From: Abditibacteriaceae bacterium
Lineage (GTDB): Bacteria > Armatimonadota > Abditibacteriia > Abditibacteriales > Abditibacteriaceae
DNA length: 64,000 nt
Reading direction: 5' to 3'
NCBI GenBank assembly: GCA_965277285.1
Contig: OZ255721.1
Coordinates: 1,920,001 to 1,984,000, forward strand
Shown: positions 20,732-30,789 of the stretch, piece after piece
Layout of the letters: each line of letters starts with the position of its first letter
Position numbering within the stretch: position 1 is the stretch's first letter
Position numbers and translations under genes: made by a program
The notes under the pieces: generated by a model
What the model was told of the DNA's origin: nothing
Databases searched by the model: none
What the model saw: the letters and a program-made list of their open reading frames with translations, nothing else

Positions 20732-22450
20732 TTAGTTGGCCAGCGACATCGCCGCGATTCTGATGTTGGGATTGCTCGGCAGCGTTACGAGTTGAACGGT
20801 CTTGGTTTTGTTGAGGGCGAAACCGTAGGCGTAAAGCGAAAACGGTCGCGGATCGCGGGCGCCGTTCGACATATTGCGATAATCCATTTTGAGACCGCGA
20901 CTTTCGCCCGAAAAACTTTGCGGCGAAAACCAATCGCTGAAGTTTTGCGACAAGGTTTGAGTTGTGCCATCGGTGTAAGTCACCAGAAACGTTTGACCAC
21001 GCTGACTGCCTTCGACAGCCGCGCCCAGCAACCACAACGACGAGAAACGATTGCGCGGCAACACAATTGAAGAACCTTGTGCCGATACGACGTTTTTCGC
21101 GCCCGCCGCGCCCATCGCAAAGCGCACGCCTTTGACGGTCAGCGAAGTGCCCAACAGATTGCTCGAAAACGCAGCGCCGCCATCATCGAAACCGCCACTC
21201 GCATCGAAATTGGCGGCGTCGCGCGTGATACCGACGGTGTTGAAGACCGACGCCAAGTTCACCGGAACGCTGGTTCCTGCTTGAACAATTGGAAGCACGC
21301 GAGGTCGGTCAGCGGCGGCAACTGGCGCCGCGAGGATGTTGGCGCGGTCAGCCTGATACGCTGTCAAAAATTCGCGCCACAGCGTGTCCACGTCTTTGCC
21401 GGTGTATTGCTTGAATTTGTCGTTGGTATATTCGCCAAAACGTATGTCGCGGTTGAGTTTGGAAACCAGGCGGCTGTCGTAATGCAATTCGCACCATCCC
21501 AGAAACGCGGCTGTCGTGCGATAAGAATCGTGATAAGTCGCCGTCTTCGGGTTGATATTGAAGGTGAAGTTTTGCGGCTCGAACTTGACCCAGCGGATGT
21601 AATCGGCAGTGCCTTCGATGAGCCAAACCGGATTGTAGGCGCTCATGGATTGAATGACGTGCGCCACTTCGTGAACTGTCAGCCCGGTATCGTCGGCATG
21701 AGCGCGCGCCCACGCAACGTTGACTGTCATTACGCCGCCACCCGTAGCCGCAACACCCGTGACGTCGGGGCCGCTCCTATAAATCACGTTGACTTTGTTG
21801 GGCGTGATGAAGCCGTCCGAATAAAGCAAAGCCGCCGTATCTTCCCAGGATTCGTCCATTTGCAAATCTGCTTTCGCCGCCCAGGTCTTCAAGTCGGGAG
21901 CAACCGAGTAATCGGAAAAAGCGCGCCCCGCGCCCCAACTGACGTGCGTCACTTTGACCGGCGAATTGAGCGTGATTTCGCGTATCACCAGCGAGGAAAG
22001 CGCCGAACCAGGATTGAGTTTGATGCGCAGAGATGCGACCATCGGGCTGTTCAAGGTCGCGTTCGCAGTGCCCTGCGCGTTGAAGGTCGCGGCCTTGGTG
22101 TAATTCGTGCCGTCGGTCGAAATCTCGATAAAACCGTTGGTCAACAAGTTGTCGCCGTCGAGGTTTCCCGTCGAGATGCGCAAAGAACGCAGCGGAACGG
22201 GACGTGAAAGCATCACCGTGAAATCGTCGCCATCGTCCATGCCGTAAACCGATTGGAAGAAGCTGGAATCGTCCGCGTCCATCGCCATTTCGGGACGATG
22301 AGCCACTGTCGAAGGCATGGTCGAGTAAATCGTGGCTTCGGTTCCGACCGTCATCGGCATTTGCGCGCTCGTTTGTGCTTGCGCTTGGTGGCCGATGCCG
22401 GAACTCAGCAACACGCAGGCGGCAAGAAAAGGGAAAGATGTTTTGTTCAT
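20732..22450 (-). CDS. Secreted BSP-family (peptidase of plants and bacteria) metallopeptidase with flanking beta-sandwich domains
   Basis: Signal peptide; VHEVAHVIQ, WLIEGTADYIR, SYRTTAAFL. Confidence 0.8.
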   Translation of the reverse strand: MNKTSFPFLAACVLLSSGIGHQAQAQTSAQMPMTVGTEATIYSTMPSTVAHRPEMAMDADDSSFFQSVYGMDDGDDFTVMLSRPVPLRSLRISTGNLDGDNLLTNGFIEISTDGTNYTKAATFNAQGTANATLNSPMVASLRIKLNPGSALSSLVIREITLNSPVKVTHVSWGAGRAFSDYSVAPDLKTWAAKADLQMDESWEDTAALLYSDGFITPNKVNVIYRSGPDVTGVAATGGGVMTVNVAWARAHADDTGLTVHEVAHVIQSMSAYNPVWLIEGTADYIRWVKFEPQNFTFNINPKTATYHDSYRTTAAFLGWCELHYDSRLVSKLNRDIRFGEYTNDKFKQYTGKDVDTLWREFLTAYQADRANILAAPVAAADRPRVLPIVQAGTSVPVNLASVFNTVGITRDAANFDASGGFDDGGAAFSSNLLGTSLTVKGVRFAMGAAGAKNVVSAQGSSIVLPRNRFSSLWLLGAAVEGSQRGQTFLVTYTDGTTQTLSQNFSDWFSPQSFSGESRGLKMDYRNMSNGARDPRPFSLYAYGFALNKTKTVQLVTLPSNPNIRIAAMSLAN

Positions 22451-22568
22451 AAGAAAAATGATAGCAATGCTTGAGCGCTTGAAGTGCGCATCAGGGAGAA
22501 GTCAGTTGGGCCGCCATCAACAAAGCAAGCGAGAAACAATATCGAGTACTCGAATTGAGGGAGCCAGT

Positions 22569-23696
22569 TCAGGAGATTGGGGCGTTCGCGTGTCGCGGGT
22601 CATAAACCGCAACGCCGACGAACGAATCTGCCGTGCCGTAGTAGAGAAACCATTTGCCCTTGAACGGCACCAATCCTTCGACAAAAGTCGTGCCCGCCGC
22701 ATATTGGCCGCTTTTTTCAAAGGGCAGTTCCGGCTTGAAAAACGGCGTGTCAGTACGCGCAAGGAGCTTCGTCGGGTCGGCGCCGTCGAACAACGCTTGC
22801 CCCGCCGAATAAGCGTTGGCACCAATGGCGGGATCGCCGTCCTTTTTGGCGTTCTTGCCGTTATACATCATAACGATGCCGCGCTTGGTCAACACCGGCG
22901 GTGGCCCGCCTTCAGCGAGATCGGAATCAAATTTCCCAACGCGTTTGTCGAGCAGCACCAGCAGTTTGCCGTTGCGTTCTACAGGTGTCCAGTGGATCAG
23001 ATCGGGCGACGAGGCGACACAAATACCAAACTCGCCATAATACATCCAGTATTTGCCGTTGATTTTGGCGGCCACCAGAACGCCGTCTTTGACTTCGCCG
23101 ACAATGGCGCCCGATTTCGACCATGTCGTCGTGTACTTGCCGCCGAAAGCTCCGGTGAACGCCGAACCGTGTTTTGTCCAGGTAAGGAGGTCTTTAGAAG
23201 TCGCCACCGCCAAACGCGCGAGTTTGTGGTTCCACTGCGTATAAGTCAGGACGAAGGTGCCGTCACAAGTCGCTATCAGGCGCGGGTCTTCGCAGCCGCC
23301 GTCCCATTCAGCCTCTTTTTGCGAATCGTTGTCGGGATAGAAAACTGGTGTGGGCAAGCGCTTGAAGTGAATTCCGTCCGCACTTTGCGCAAAGCCCAGG
23401 CGCGAAGTATGTTGCCCGATGTTCATCGTTCCACTATCGTCTTCGGCGCGATACAAAACCACGATGTGACCGTCTTTCACCGTGGCCGCCGGATTGAAAG
23501 TGTGCAGCGATTCCCAGTTGATGACGCGCCCGCGCATCGGATCATAGAACACCGAGTTTTTGTTTGGCGTAATCACCGGAACGGCATTTGTGGGACGCAG
23601 GAAAGGGCCAAGCGCCCAGGGCGGGAGAGATGCACATGAAGCCGACAAAGTCATAGATAAAGTTCCTGCCAGCAGAAGCGAAGAGCGGACTTTCAT
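22569..23696 (-). CDS. GH130-like glycosidase/phosphorylase (mannoside-active)
   Basis: FNPAA, LYRAED, GCEDPR, WSKSG, YYGTADS; RBS AAGGAG before ATG 23696. Confidence 0.85.
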   Translation of the reverse strand: MKVRSSLLLAGTLSMTLSASCASLPPWALGPFLRPTNAVPVITPNKNSVFYDPMRGRVINWESLHTFNPAATVKDGHIVVLYRAEDDSGTMNIGQHTSRLGFAQSADGIHFKRLPTPVFYPDNDSQKEAEWDGGCEDPRLIATCDGTFVLTYTQWNHKLARLAVATSKDLLTWTKHGSAFTGAFGGKYTTTWSKSGAIVGEVKDGVLVAAKINGKYWMYYGEFGICVASSPDLIHWTPVERNGKLLVLLDKRVGKFDSDLAEGGPPPVLTKRGIVMMYNGKNAKKDGDPAIGANAYSAGQALFDGADPTKLLARTDTPFFKPELPFEKSGQYAAGTTFVEGLVPFKGKWFLYYGTADSFVGVAVYDPRHANAPIS

Positions 23697-23813
23697 CGTG
23701 GCATCTCCTTTTGGAATCATGATTGAAATCTGGTTTGGAATAGCGTCGCCTGACCGTAGTGAATCGTCAGGCGACGCCATTTCAAACCAACAAACTTCGA
23801 TCCATCAGGATTT

Positions 23814-26702
23814 TTACGAAGCGAGAATCTCGATGCCGGAAATCTTGGCGTTCTTGTCCGAGCTGTTGGGCGCTGCAGCAACATGAATCACGATCTCGCC
23901 GTTCGCGTCGGGCGCGATGTTCGAGTACTGCTTTACGAGCGCTTTGTTTTGACCGGCCTCCGCCGCGACACTGAAGTTTGACAGCACGCGCTTGCCGTTG
24001 ATGTCGATGTTTTCCAGGCGATCACCAGGTTTGGCACCGAAAATTTCGGCGAAATGCAAGCGCACCGTATAGCGCCCGTTTTTCGGCACGGGAAAACGAT
24101 AAGAGTAGTTAGGGCCATAAGCCTCGCTCTGGTAAACCGCTTCCGGCGCGGCGTTCGGAACATTGACATCAACGTGTTCGGCGGTCATATTGGTCGAGGC
24201 GTCTTCGCTTTCAAAGGACACGAAATTGCCGACTGGATCGGCGCTGCCAGCGGCAACGCGAATTGGCAGTGGCAAAATCACGCGCTGCATCGGCGTCGAA
24301 GGCGTCGGCAACGGCGCGTATTGAAAATTCGCTGGCATTCCCGACGGCGGGCGCGAAGCCAAAGCCTTGCCCCAATTTAAATTGGGCTGCGAACCCATTT
24401 GAAAGCGCAACACGCCGCCCGCCATCAGTTGATCGTGTGTCAAGTAACTAACGGTCAGCGGTCTGCCGTTCAGCGTCGCCGTCTGGATATAAACGTTTTG
24501 CGCCGAATTGTTGGCGGCGATCATGGTGAAAGTGCGCCCGCTGGGAGCCAGTCGAATTGTCGCTTTGTCCACGCGGGGGCTGCCGATCACGTAAATGCCG
24601 CCGACCGGATTGACCGGATAAAAACCGATCGCGCTCCACACATACCACGCCGACATCTGTCCGCAATCGACGTTGCCGGGTTCGCCCGCAGGCGTGTCGT
24701 CATACAGCGTGTCCATCACCTGGCGCACGCGCTGTTGCGTTTTCCACGGCGCGCCAGCATAGTTGTAAAGATAGGCGACGTGGTGAACCGGCTCGTTGCC
24801 CTGCGCATATTGCCCGATCAGTCCGGTAATATCGGGAACAGCGGCGAGCACGCTCGAATCTTCGGTAAAGAGCGCGTCCAGTTTGTTGACGAAGGGCGTA
24901 TCGCCGCCCATGATTTTGACCAGGCCAGGCGAATCGTGCATCGCCGCCCACGAGTACTGCCAGGCGTTGGCTTCGGTGAAATCCGTCCACGCCAACTGCT
25001 TGGGATTGAAAGGACGACGCCACGAGCCATCGGCGTGGCGACCGCGCATAAAGCCGACCGTCGCATCGTACAGGTTGCGGTAGTTCGCCGAACGTTGCAG
25101 AAACATTTGCGCATCGGCAGTGTGACCCAACTTTTGCGCCATTTGCGCGATGCACCAATCGTCGTAGGCGAACTCTAAAGTGCGCGAAACCGATTGCTTC
25201 GAGCCGCCTGTCGACAAAACGTAGCCGTATTTGGCGAACTCGTCCTGGCCGTTGCGCGGGTTGAGAGCCGTCGCGCGCAAAGCCTGGTAAGCGGCTTCGG
25301 CATCAAAGCCCGTGAAACCTTTCAAATACGCGTCGGCAACAATGGGCGCGGAATTGTAGCCGATCATGATTCCGGTTTCGCTGCCCCAGAATGTCCAGAC
25401 CGGCATTTCCTGCGCGTTCCTCTCGCGGTAGAGGGCGAGCATCGAGTTCATCATGTCGGGTACGCGTTCCGGCTGAACGATGGTCAACAGCGGAGACTCC
25501 GCGCGAAAAATGTCCCAGATCGAGAAAGTCGTGTAATTTTGAAACGTCGCGCCGGTGTGATTTCGTCCGTCTGCGCCGCGATAAGTGCCGTCCGCGTCGT
25601 TAAACAACGTCGGCGCCAGGTACGACAAATAAAGGTTGCTGGCAAAAGTGCGGCGAATCTTGGGATCGCTGCTTTCGATTTGAATGCGACCCAGCACGTC
25701 GTTCCACTGACGCAGCGCAGCCGCGTGAACGGCATCGAAATCCCAGCCCGGAACTTCGCGGTTCAGATTGAGGCGCGCGCCTTCGACGCTGGTGGCGGAA
25801 ATGCCGACCTTGACCACAATCGCGTCTTTGGCTTTCGTCTTGAACGACACAAAGGCTTTGACGGACTTGCCGATGCCTGTCATCGCGCCGCTGGCCAAGC
25901 GCACGCCGTCTCGCTCGATTCCCGATGTGGCGAAGGGACGCGAAAACTGCATCACGAAGTAAATGGCGCGCCGCCCGCCCAGGCCATCGGAAATGCGCGT
26001 GCCGCTCATCGTCGTCGCGTTCTCGATGCGCAGCGACGACTCATAAGGGCTACTGCTGATACCATGCTGCAAATCGAGTACGATGTTCGCAGCGCCGGTT
26101 GCCGGAAAAGTGTAGCGATGCACGCCCACGCGCGCTGTCGCCGTCAGTTCCGCCAGGACGCCGGGCTTTTGCAAAAACACGCGGTAATAACCAGGACTGG
26201 CGCTTTCCTGACTGTGCGAAAACGGCGACGAATAATTGTTTTCATCCAGCGAAACATCCCCAACTGTAGGCATCAATAAAATGTCGCCCAGAGCGCCGAC
26301 GCCGGTTCCCGTCAAATGCGTGTGACTGAAACCGCGAATCACGTTGTCGGGATAGTTGTAACCCGAACTTCCGTCCCAGCCTTGAAGCGGCGTATCGGGG
26401 CTGAGTTGAACCATGCCAAAAGGCACCGTCGCGCCCGGATAAGTGTGGCCGTGATTCGTAGTTCCCACCAACGGACTCGCATCCGCCGCCGGGCCGGAGA
26501 TAATGGGGCCGGCGACAACAGGCGCAGCAGTCACACCAGAAGTAACACGCGCGGCAGTCACACCAGAAGTAACACGCGTGGCAGTCACACCGGAGGTAAC
26601 AGGCGCCGATTGTGCGCAGGCCGACAAACTTCCCAATGCCAGAGTCGTGGCCAACCCGAAGCAGATCATCGTGTGAGGCAATCGAAAAGAAGGTGTTTGC
26701 AT
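23814..26702 (-). CDS. GH92 alpha-mannosidase with C-terminal malectin domain
   Basis: YPGATVPFGMVQLSPDT, FSHTHLTGTG, SRTLEFAYDDW, GNEP, GQMSAWY; VRLHFAEI malectin motif. Confidence 0.93.
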   Translation of the reverse strand: MQTPSFRLPHTMICFGLATTLALGSLSACAQSAPVTSGVTATRVTSGVTAARVTSGVTAAPVVAGPIISGPAADASPLVGTTNHGHTYPGATVPFGMVQLSPDTPLQGWDGSSGYNYPDNVIRGFSHTHLTGTGVGALGDILLMPTVGDVSLDENNYSSPFSHSQESASPGYYRVFLQKPGVLAELTATARVGVHRYTFPATGAANIVLDLQHGISSSPYESSLRIENATTMSGTRISDGLGGRRAIYFVMQFSRPFATSGIERDGVRLASGAMTGIGKSVKAFVSFKTKAKDAIVVKVGISATSVEGARLNLNREVPGWDFDAVHAAALRQWNDVLGRIQIESSDPKIRRTFASNLYLSYLAPTLFNDADGTYRGADGRNHTGATFQNYTTFSIWDIFRAESPLLTIVQPERVPDMMNSMLALYRERNAQEMPVWTFWGSETGIMIGYNSAPIVADAYLKGFTGFDAEAAYQALRATALNPRNGQDEFAKYGYVLSTGGSKQSVSRTLEFAYDDWCIAQMAQKLGHTADAQMFLQRSANYRNLYDATVGFMRGRHADGSWRRPFNPKQLAWTDFTEANAWQYSWAAMHDSPGLVKIMGGDTPFVNKLDALFTEDSSVLAAVPDITGLIGQYAQGNEPVHHVAYLYNYAGAPWKTQQRVRQVMDTLYDDTPAGEPGNVDCGQMSAWYVWSAIGFYPVNPVGGIYVIGSPRVDKATIRLAPSGRTFTMIAANNSAQNVYIQTATLNGRPLTVSYLTHDQLMAGGVLRFQMGSQPNLNWGKALASRPPSGMPANFQYAPLPTPSTPMQRVILPLPIRVAAGSADPVGNFVSFESEDASTNMTAEHVDVNVPNAAPEAVYQSEAYGPNYSYRFPVPKNGRYTVRLHFAEIFGAKPGDRLENIDINGKRVLSNFSVAAEAGQNKALVKQYSNIAPDANGEIVIHVAAAPNSSDKNAKISGIEILAS
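26527..26601 (-). repeat. 27-bp tandem repeat (about 3 copies) encoding VTSGVTAxR in GH92 N-terminal linker
   Basis: GCAGTCACACCAGAAGTAACACGCG units at 26527, 26554, 26581. Confidence 0.85.
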
Positions 26703-26864
26703 AAGGTGTAGAACCAAATCGAGTACTCGATGGCACTCTCGAAACAGGGACAAGCCGCTTGAGAGCGCGGGCAGAAACGGGCAGTTTGGAGACGTGGTGG
26801 CAGGTTGAAGGGATGTCTGCTTCCGAACCAATAGTTTAATTGAATGACGCGGATCAAACGCGTT

Positions 26865-29120
26865 TTAACGAGCGGCGGCGATGCCGACATCAATGCCCTG
26901 CCCGCCGATGGTCTGATGGACATGAACGGCGATGGTATTCTGCCCGGGCTTGAGCGCCGCGCGTCCCGCATCGCTCATCGGAACTTCTTTGTAGTCGTCG
27001 GTGTAACCCGTAACCGTTCCCGCCAACACGCCGTTGATATAAATCTCGGCGCCTTCGTCGTGACGAACCAGCAGGTTCAAGCGAGCTGGAATGTTACTCG
27101 GCAAAGCGAAGCGACGACGAATCCAGATGTCGCTGGTGTTCCAAAGCGTGCGCACGCCGCCCATGTCGTGGCCAAAGAGCGCCTCGCCAGTTTTCCAACC
27201 GCTGTCATTGAAGTTCGTAGTGAACCAATTGTCGGCGGGTTGCTCGGTTGTGTATTGCCATTGCAGCGGTTCTTCTTCGGAAGTCGGCACCAGGGCGGCG
27301 TCAGGATTGGGCGGCATCGGCAGGAACTGACCTCGATTCGCGGCGGCGACGATTTTCTGATCCATCTTCAAGACGGCTCGGTCGTAGGTCAAAACGCCAT
27401 TGATTTCCTGCTCGACATCGGTCAATTGCGTATAAACAACGGCGCTGGTGCCGCGCGTGTCTCTCAAGCCGTAAGCGGCTTTCATCAAGTTTTGGTAACG
27501 CTTGGTGGCCATCCAGCTCGAGTGTAAGGTCGCGCCGTAGCCCATGACATCAACGTTGGTTTGCCAGCGATGTCCCGGCACATTCATCGTGATGCCGCCA
27601 AATTCGCCGTTAACTGCGGCACGATTGGCTTCCGGTTCAGTTGAACCCGGGCCGGGATAAACGTGCGAGTCGTGCATATCGCCGACACCTTTATCGACCC
27701 AGCCGCTGGCGCTGTTGACCAAACGGCTCGGATCGATTTTTTTGGTCTCGGCCACGACGCGTTCGGTATCGTGCTGTCCCATGCCTTCGTTGAAGGTTGT
27801 CCATACGATAATCGAGGGCGAGTTGTGGTTTTCCGTCAAGATTTGGCGCCACTCGACATCGTATTGCGCTTTGGAACTGTCGGAGATCTCCTGGTTTGGC
27901 CCGTTGAACATTTGCGGCATATCCTGCCAGACCAGCATTCCCAACTTGTCCGTCCAATAATACCAGCGCGCCGGTTCGACTTTGGCGTGCTTGCGCAACA
28001 AATTCCAGCCCAAGTTTTTGGCGGCCTGAACATCGAACTTGAGGGCGTCATCGGTCGGCGCCGTATAAATGCCGTCTGGCCAGTAACCTTGATCGAGCGC
28101 GCCCACTTCAAACACGAACTTATTGTTGAGAAAAATGCGCTGTCGGCCCTGCGCGTCTTTGCCGAGCGAAATCTTTCGCATCGCAAAATACGAGTTCACG
28201 CTGTCAGCGCTCGCGCCCTGCCCCAATTCCACTTTCAAACCATAAAGAAATGGCGAATCGGGCGACCACAGTTTGGCGTTCGGAACAGGAATGCGCAGTT
28301 CCATATTCGCTGTTCCGCGCGCGATTGCAATGACTTTATCGCCATCAAGCGCCGTCACTTTGACTGGGAAATTCGCGCGTGCATTGACCGTTAAATGTAA
28401 TAGCGCAGCGTCCACATCGGGCGTCATGTCCAGTCTGTCGATGTTGGCGGCGGGAACTGGCTCCAGCCACACGCTTTGCCAGATGCCAGTCGCGCCCGTA
28501 TAAAAGATGCCGCCCGGCTTGATGCGCTGCTTGCCCACGACCTGCGTATCCGCCACATCGGCGGCAATCGGGTTCGCCGCTGTCACCACAAGTTCATTCT
28601 GTCCCGCTTTAAGCTGCGGCGTAATATCGAAGCTGAATCCGTCGTAGCCGCCCCGATGCGAACCGAGCAGTTGGCCGTTGAGCATCACGCTGGAGGTGTA
28701 GTTCACCGCGCCAAAATGCAGCAGCACGTTCTGGTTTCTCCATGCGGCGGGAACTGTAAACGTGCGCTTGTACCACAGTTTTTTCGTGACAGGTGAAGCT
28801 TTGCCGATTCCTGAAAGTGCCGCTTCATACGGATAAGGCACCAAAATCTGCTCGTTCATCGCGTCGGGCGCCGTTGTCGAAGCCGCATCGGTCAGGCCAT
28901 AAGACCATAATCCGTTGAGGCTTTGCCAGCGAGCGCGCGTCATCTGCGGGCGCGGATAATCGGGCAAAGCGTTTTGCGGCGAGACTTGTTTCGCCCACCG
29001 CGTTTGAAGTGCGCTGGACGCGATTTGCCATTGCGCTTGCGCGGGTGAATAGGAAACAAGCAGTCCGACAAATAGAGCCGGAAGAGCAACCATGCGAGAT
29101 CGTGTTTTCATATTCATCAT
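26865..29120 (-). CDS. Secreted GH2 glycosidase
   Basis: YPRPQ, LHFGAV, LDQGYWPDG, RKHAK, WTTFNEG, NGEFGG, YTQLTDVEQE. Confidence 0.9.
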   Translation of the reverse strand: MMNMKTRSRMVALPALFVGLLVSYSPAQAQWQIASSALQTRWAKQVSPQNALPDYPRPQMTRARWQSLNGLWSYGLTDAASTTAPDAMNEQILVPYPYEAALSGIGKASPVTKKLWYKRTFTVPAAWRNQNVLLHFGAVNYTSSVMLNGQLLGSHRGGYDGFSFDITPQLKAGQNELVVTAANPIAADVADTQVVGKQRIKPGGIFYTGATGIWQSVWLEPVPAANIDRLDMTPDVDAALLHLTVNARANFPVKVTALDGDKVIAIARGTANMELRIPVPNAKLWSPDSPFLYGLKVELGQGASADSVNSYFAMRKISLGKDAQGRQRIFLNNKFVFEVGALDQGYWPDGIYTAPTDDALKFDVQAAKNLGWNLLRKHAKVEPARWYYWTDKLGMLVWQDMPQMFNGPNQEISDSSKAQYDVEWRQILTENHNSPSIIVWTTFNEGMGQHDTERVVAETKKIDPSRLVNSASGWVDKGVGDMHDSHVYPGPGSTEPEANRAAVNGEFGGITMNVPGHRWQTNVDVMGYGATLHSSWMATKRYQNLMKAAYGLRDTRGTSAVVYTQLTDVEQEINGVLTYDRAVLKMDQKIVAAANRGQFLPMPPNPDAALVPTSEEEPLQWQYTTEQPADNWFTTNFNDSGWKTGEALFGHDMGGVRTLWNTSDIWIRRRFALPSNIPARLNLLVRHDEGAEIYINGVLAGTVTGYTDDYKEVPMSDAGRAALKPGQNTIAVHVHQTIGGQGIDVGIAAAR

Positions 29121-29427
29121 AAGAAACGTGTGTTTATCCCGTGAAGATTTCGCAAGATTTTCATTGTCAATGGGTGTTAAATCTTGCGCAACACACCCAA
29201 ATCAATGGCGGACAGTACGGATCGAGTACTCGATGAGCAAGTTGTGCAACACTACGAACACCATCAAAAACGGGAGTTGCCTTTGCTTGTAAGACAAGCT
29301 GGAGCATTTAGAACGACGGGGCATTGGAATTTTTTGCGGTGCTGATATTTTATCTTTTCTGAGCCTTTGCGCACAATCCGCCCACATCGAGAACGATGCG
29401 CTTCGGTCACAACCTCGTTCCCGCATT

Positions 29428-30642
29428 TCAACGCATGCGCCACACCGCGATTTTGCCGTCCGCGTAACCCGCCGCCAAATGATTCCCATCAGGCGCAAAA
29501 GTGAGCGCCGTTACAGCGTTGCGGTTCGGTAAAACACCTAAAGTTGCGCCATTTCGAGTACTCGATAGCACAATCGCGCCGTCATCTGAACCGCTCGCCA
29601 ATATCGTGCTGTCGGGCGAGAAGGCAACAATTTGCACGGCTTTGGAATGGGCTTTGATTGTGCGCAACAGCTGACTGTTTTGTGCGTTCCACAGGCAAAC
29701 CGAATTATCGGCGTGGCCGGTTGCGATAGTTTTGCCGTCCGGCGAAAAAAGAATCGTTTGGATGACCCGGTTGCCATCGCCTTTAACAAATTTCTCCTCT
29801 TTGTAGTATTTCTCCTGCGCCCAAATCATCTTGTTCGTTTTGGTGTCAACAAGCGCAAGCGTGTTTTCTCGGCTACCAATAACATAAGTTTTGCTGTCAG
29901 GAGAAAAAGCCATGCGGTAACAGAGAACTTCGTCATCGAGACCGGGAACATGGGAATTATCAGGTTCCTCTATGTAAGGCTCTCGTCGCAATTTTTTCTT
30001 ATCTACAGACCACCACTCTTTACCGCCTTCTTGGAAACGCCCGAAGGTAAAACCAGTAAGAACCTTGTCGCCGCCTGGCGAAAACGCCAATTGAAAAAAG
30101 TATTGCATAGAGTCCCCGCCATTAGGCAGCGGCGGATAATCAGGATGCTGCGTATATTGCTGCCACAACGATTTCCCATTTGCTGCATCAATTAACTGCA
30201 AACCTTGGAAAGCCGTTGAAATGATGACGATTCTTTTCAAGCCAGGTGAAAAAACGACGAAATCTGCCGCAGGCAGAAGTGGCAACGTTTTCTGCGTTCG
30301 CAACGTTGATGCGTCGAGCATTTCCACTTTCAGTTGTGGCGCAGGTGCGCGGGGATTATCCGAGTTTTTTACGTTGTTTCCCGCGCTTGCCAAAGTTTTG
30401 CTGTCCGATGAGAAAGTGAGAGCGGCGACGGCACTTTTGTAAACCTGCCGCACCATCGGTTTCTGCACCACAAGGCGCGGCTGAACTTCGACAGGCTGAA
30501 CTTGCGCAGGTTGCGTTTGAGCCGTTCGTGTCTGCACATTTTGCGCAGCCGGATTCTGCGAAGCGCATCCGCCCAAAGCCGAAGCAAACACAATAGGTAA
30601 CGCCAGACTAAAATGCCGCGATCTCAAGAGTTTATTATTCAT
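29428..30642 (-). CDS. WD40-repeat lipoprotein (paralog 2)
   Basis: Lipobox LGGC; colinear and highly similar to 14708..15922. Confidence 0.85.
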   Translation of the reverse strand: MNNKLLRSRHFSLALPIVFASALGGCASQNPAAQNVQTRTAQTQPAQVQPVEVQPRLVVQKPMVRQVYKSAVAALTFSSDSKTLASAGNNVKNSDNPRAPAPQLKVEMLDASTLRTQKTLPLLPAADFVVFSPGLKRIVIISTAFQGLQLIDAANGKSLWQQYTQHPDYPPLPNGGDSMQYFFQLAFSPGGDKVLTGFTFGRFQEGGKEWWSVDKKKLRREPYIEEPDNSHVPGLDDEVLCYRMAFSPDSKTYVIGSRENTLALVDTKTNKMIWAQEKYYKEEKFVKGDGNRVIQTILFSPDGKTIATGHADNSVCLWNAQNSQLLRTIKAHSKAVQIVAFSPDSTILASGSDDGAIVLSSTRNGATLGVLPNRNAVTALTFAPDGNHLAAGYADGKIAVWRMR

Positions 30643-30789
30643 ATTACGAGTTCCTTTTGCCGCCTTCATTATCGCACGAATGTTCATCGCAAGTGAACAA
30701 ATGCAGGCTAAAATCGTGCATACTTTCCAGCGATAACTTGAGATCGACCAATCGAGTACTCGATATTCTCTTTAGCACTTTCCCCAACC

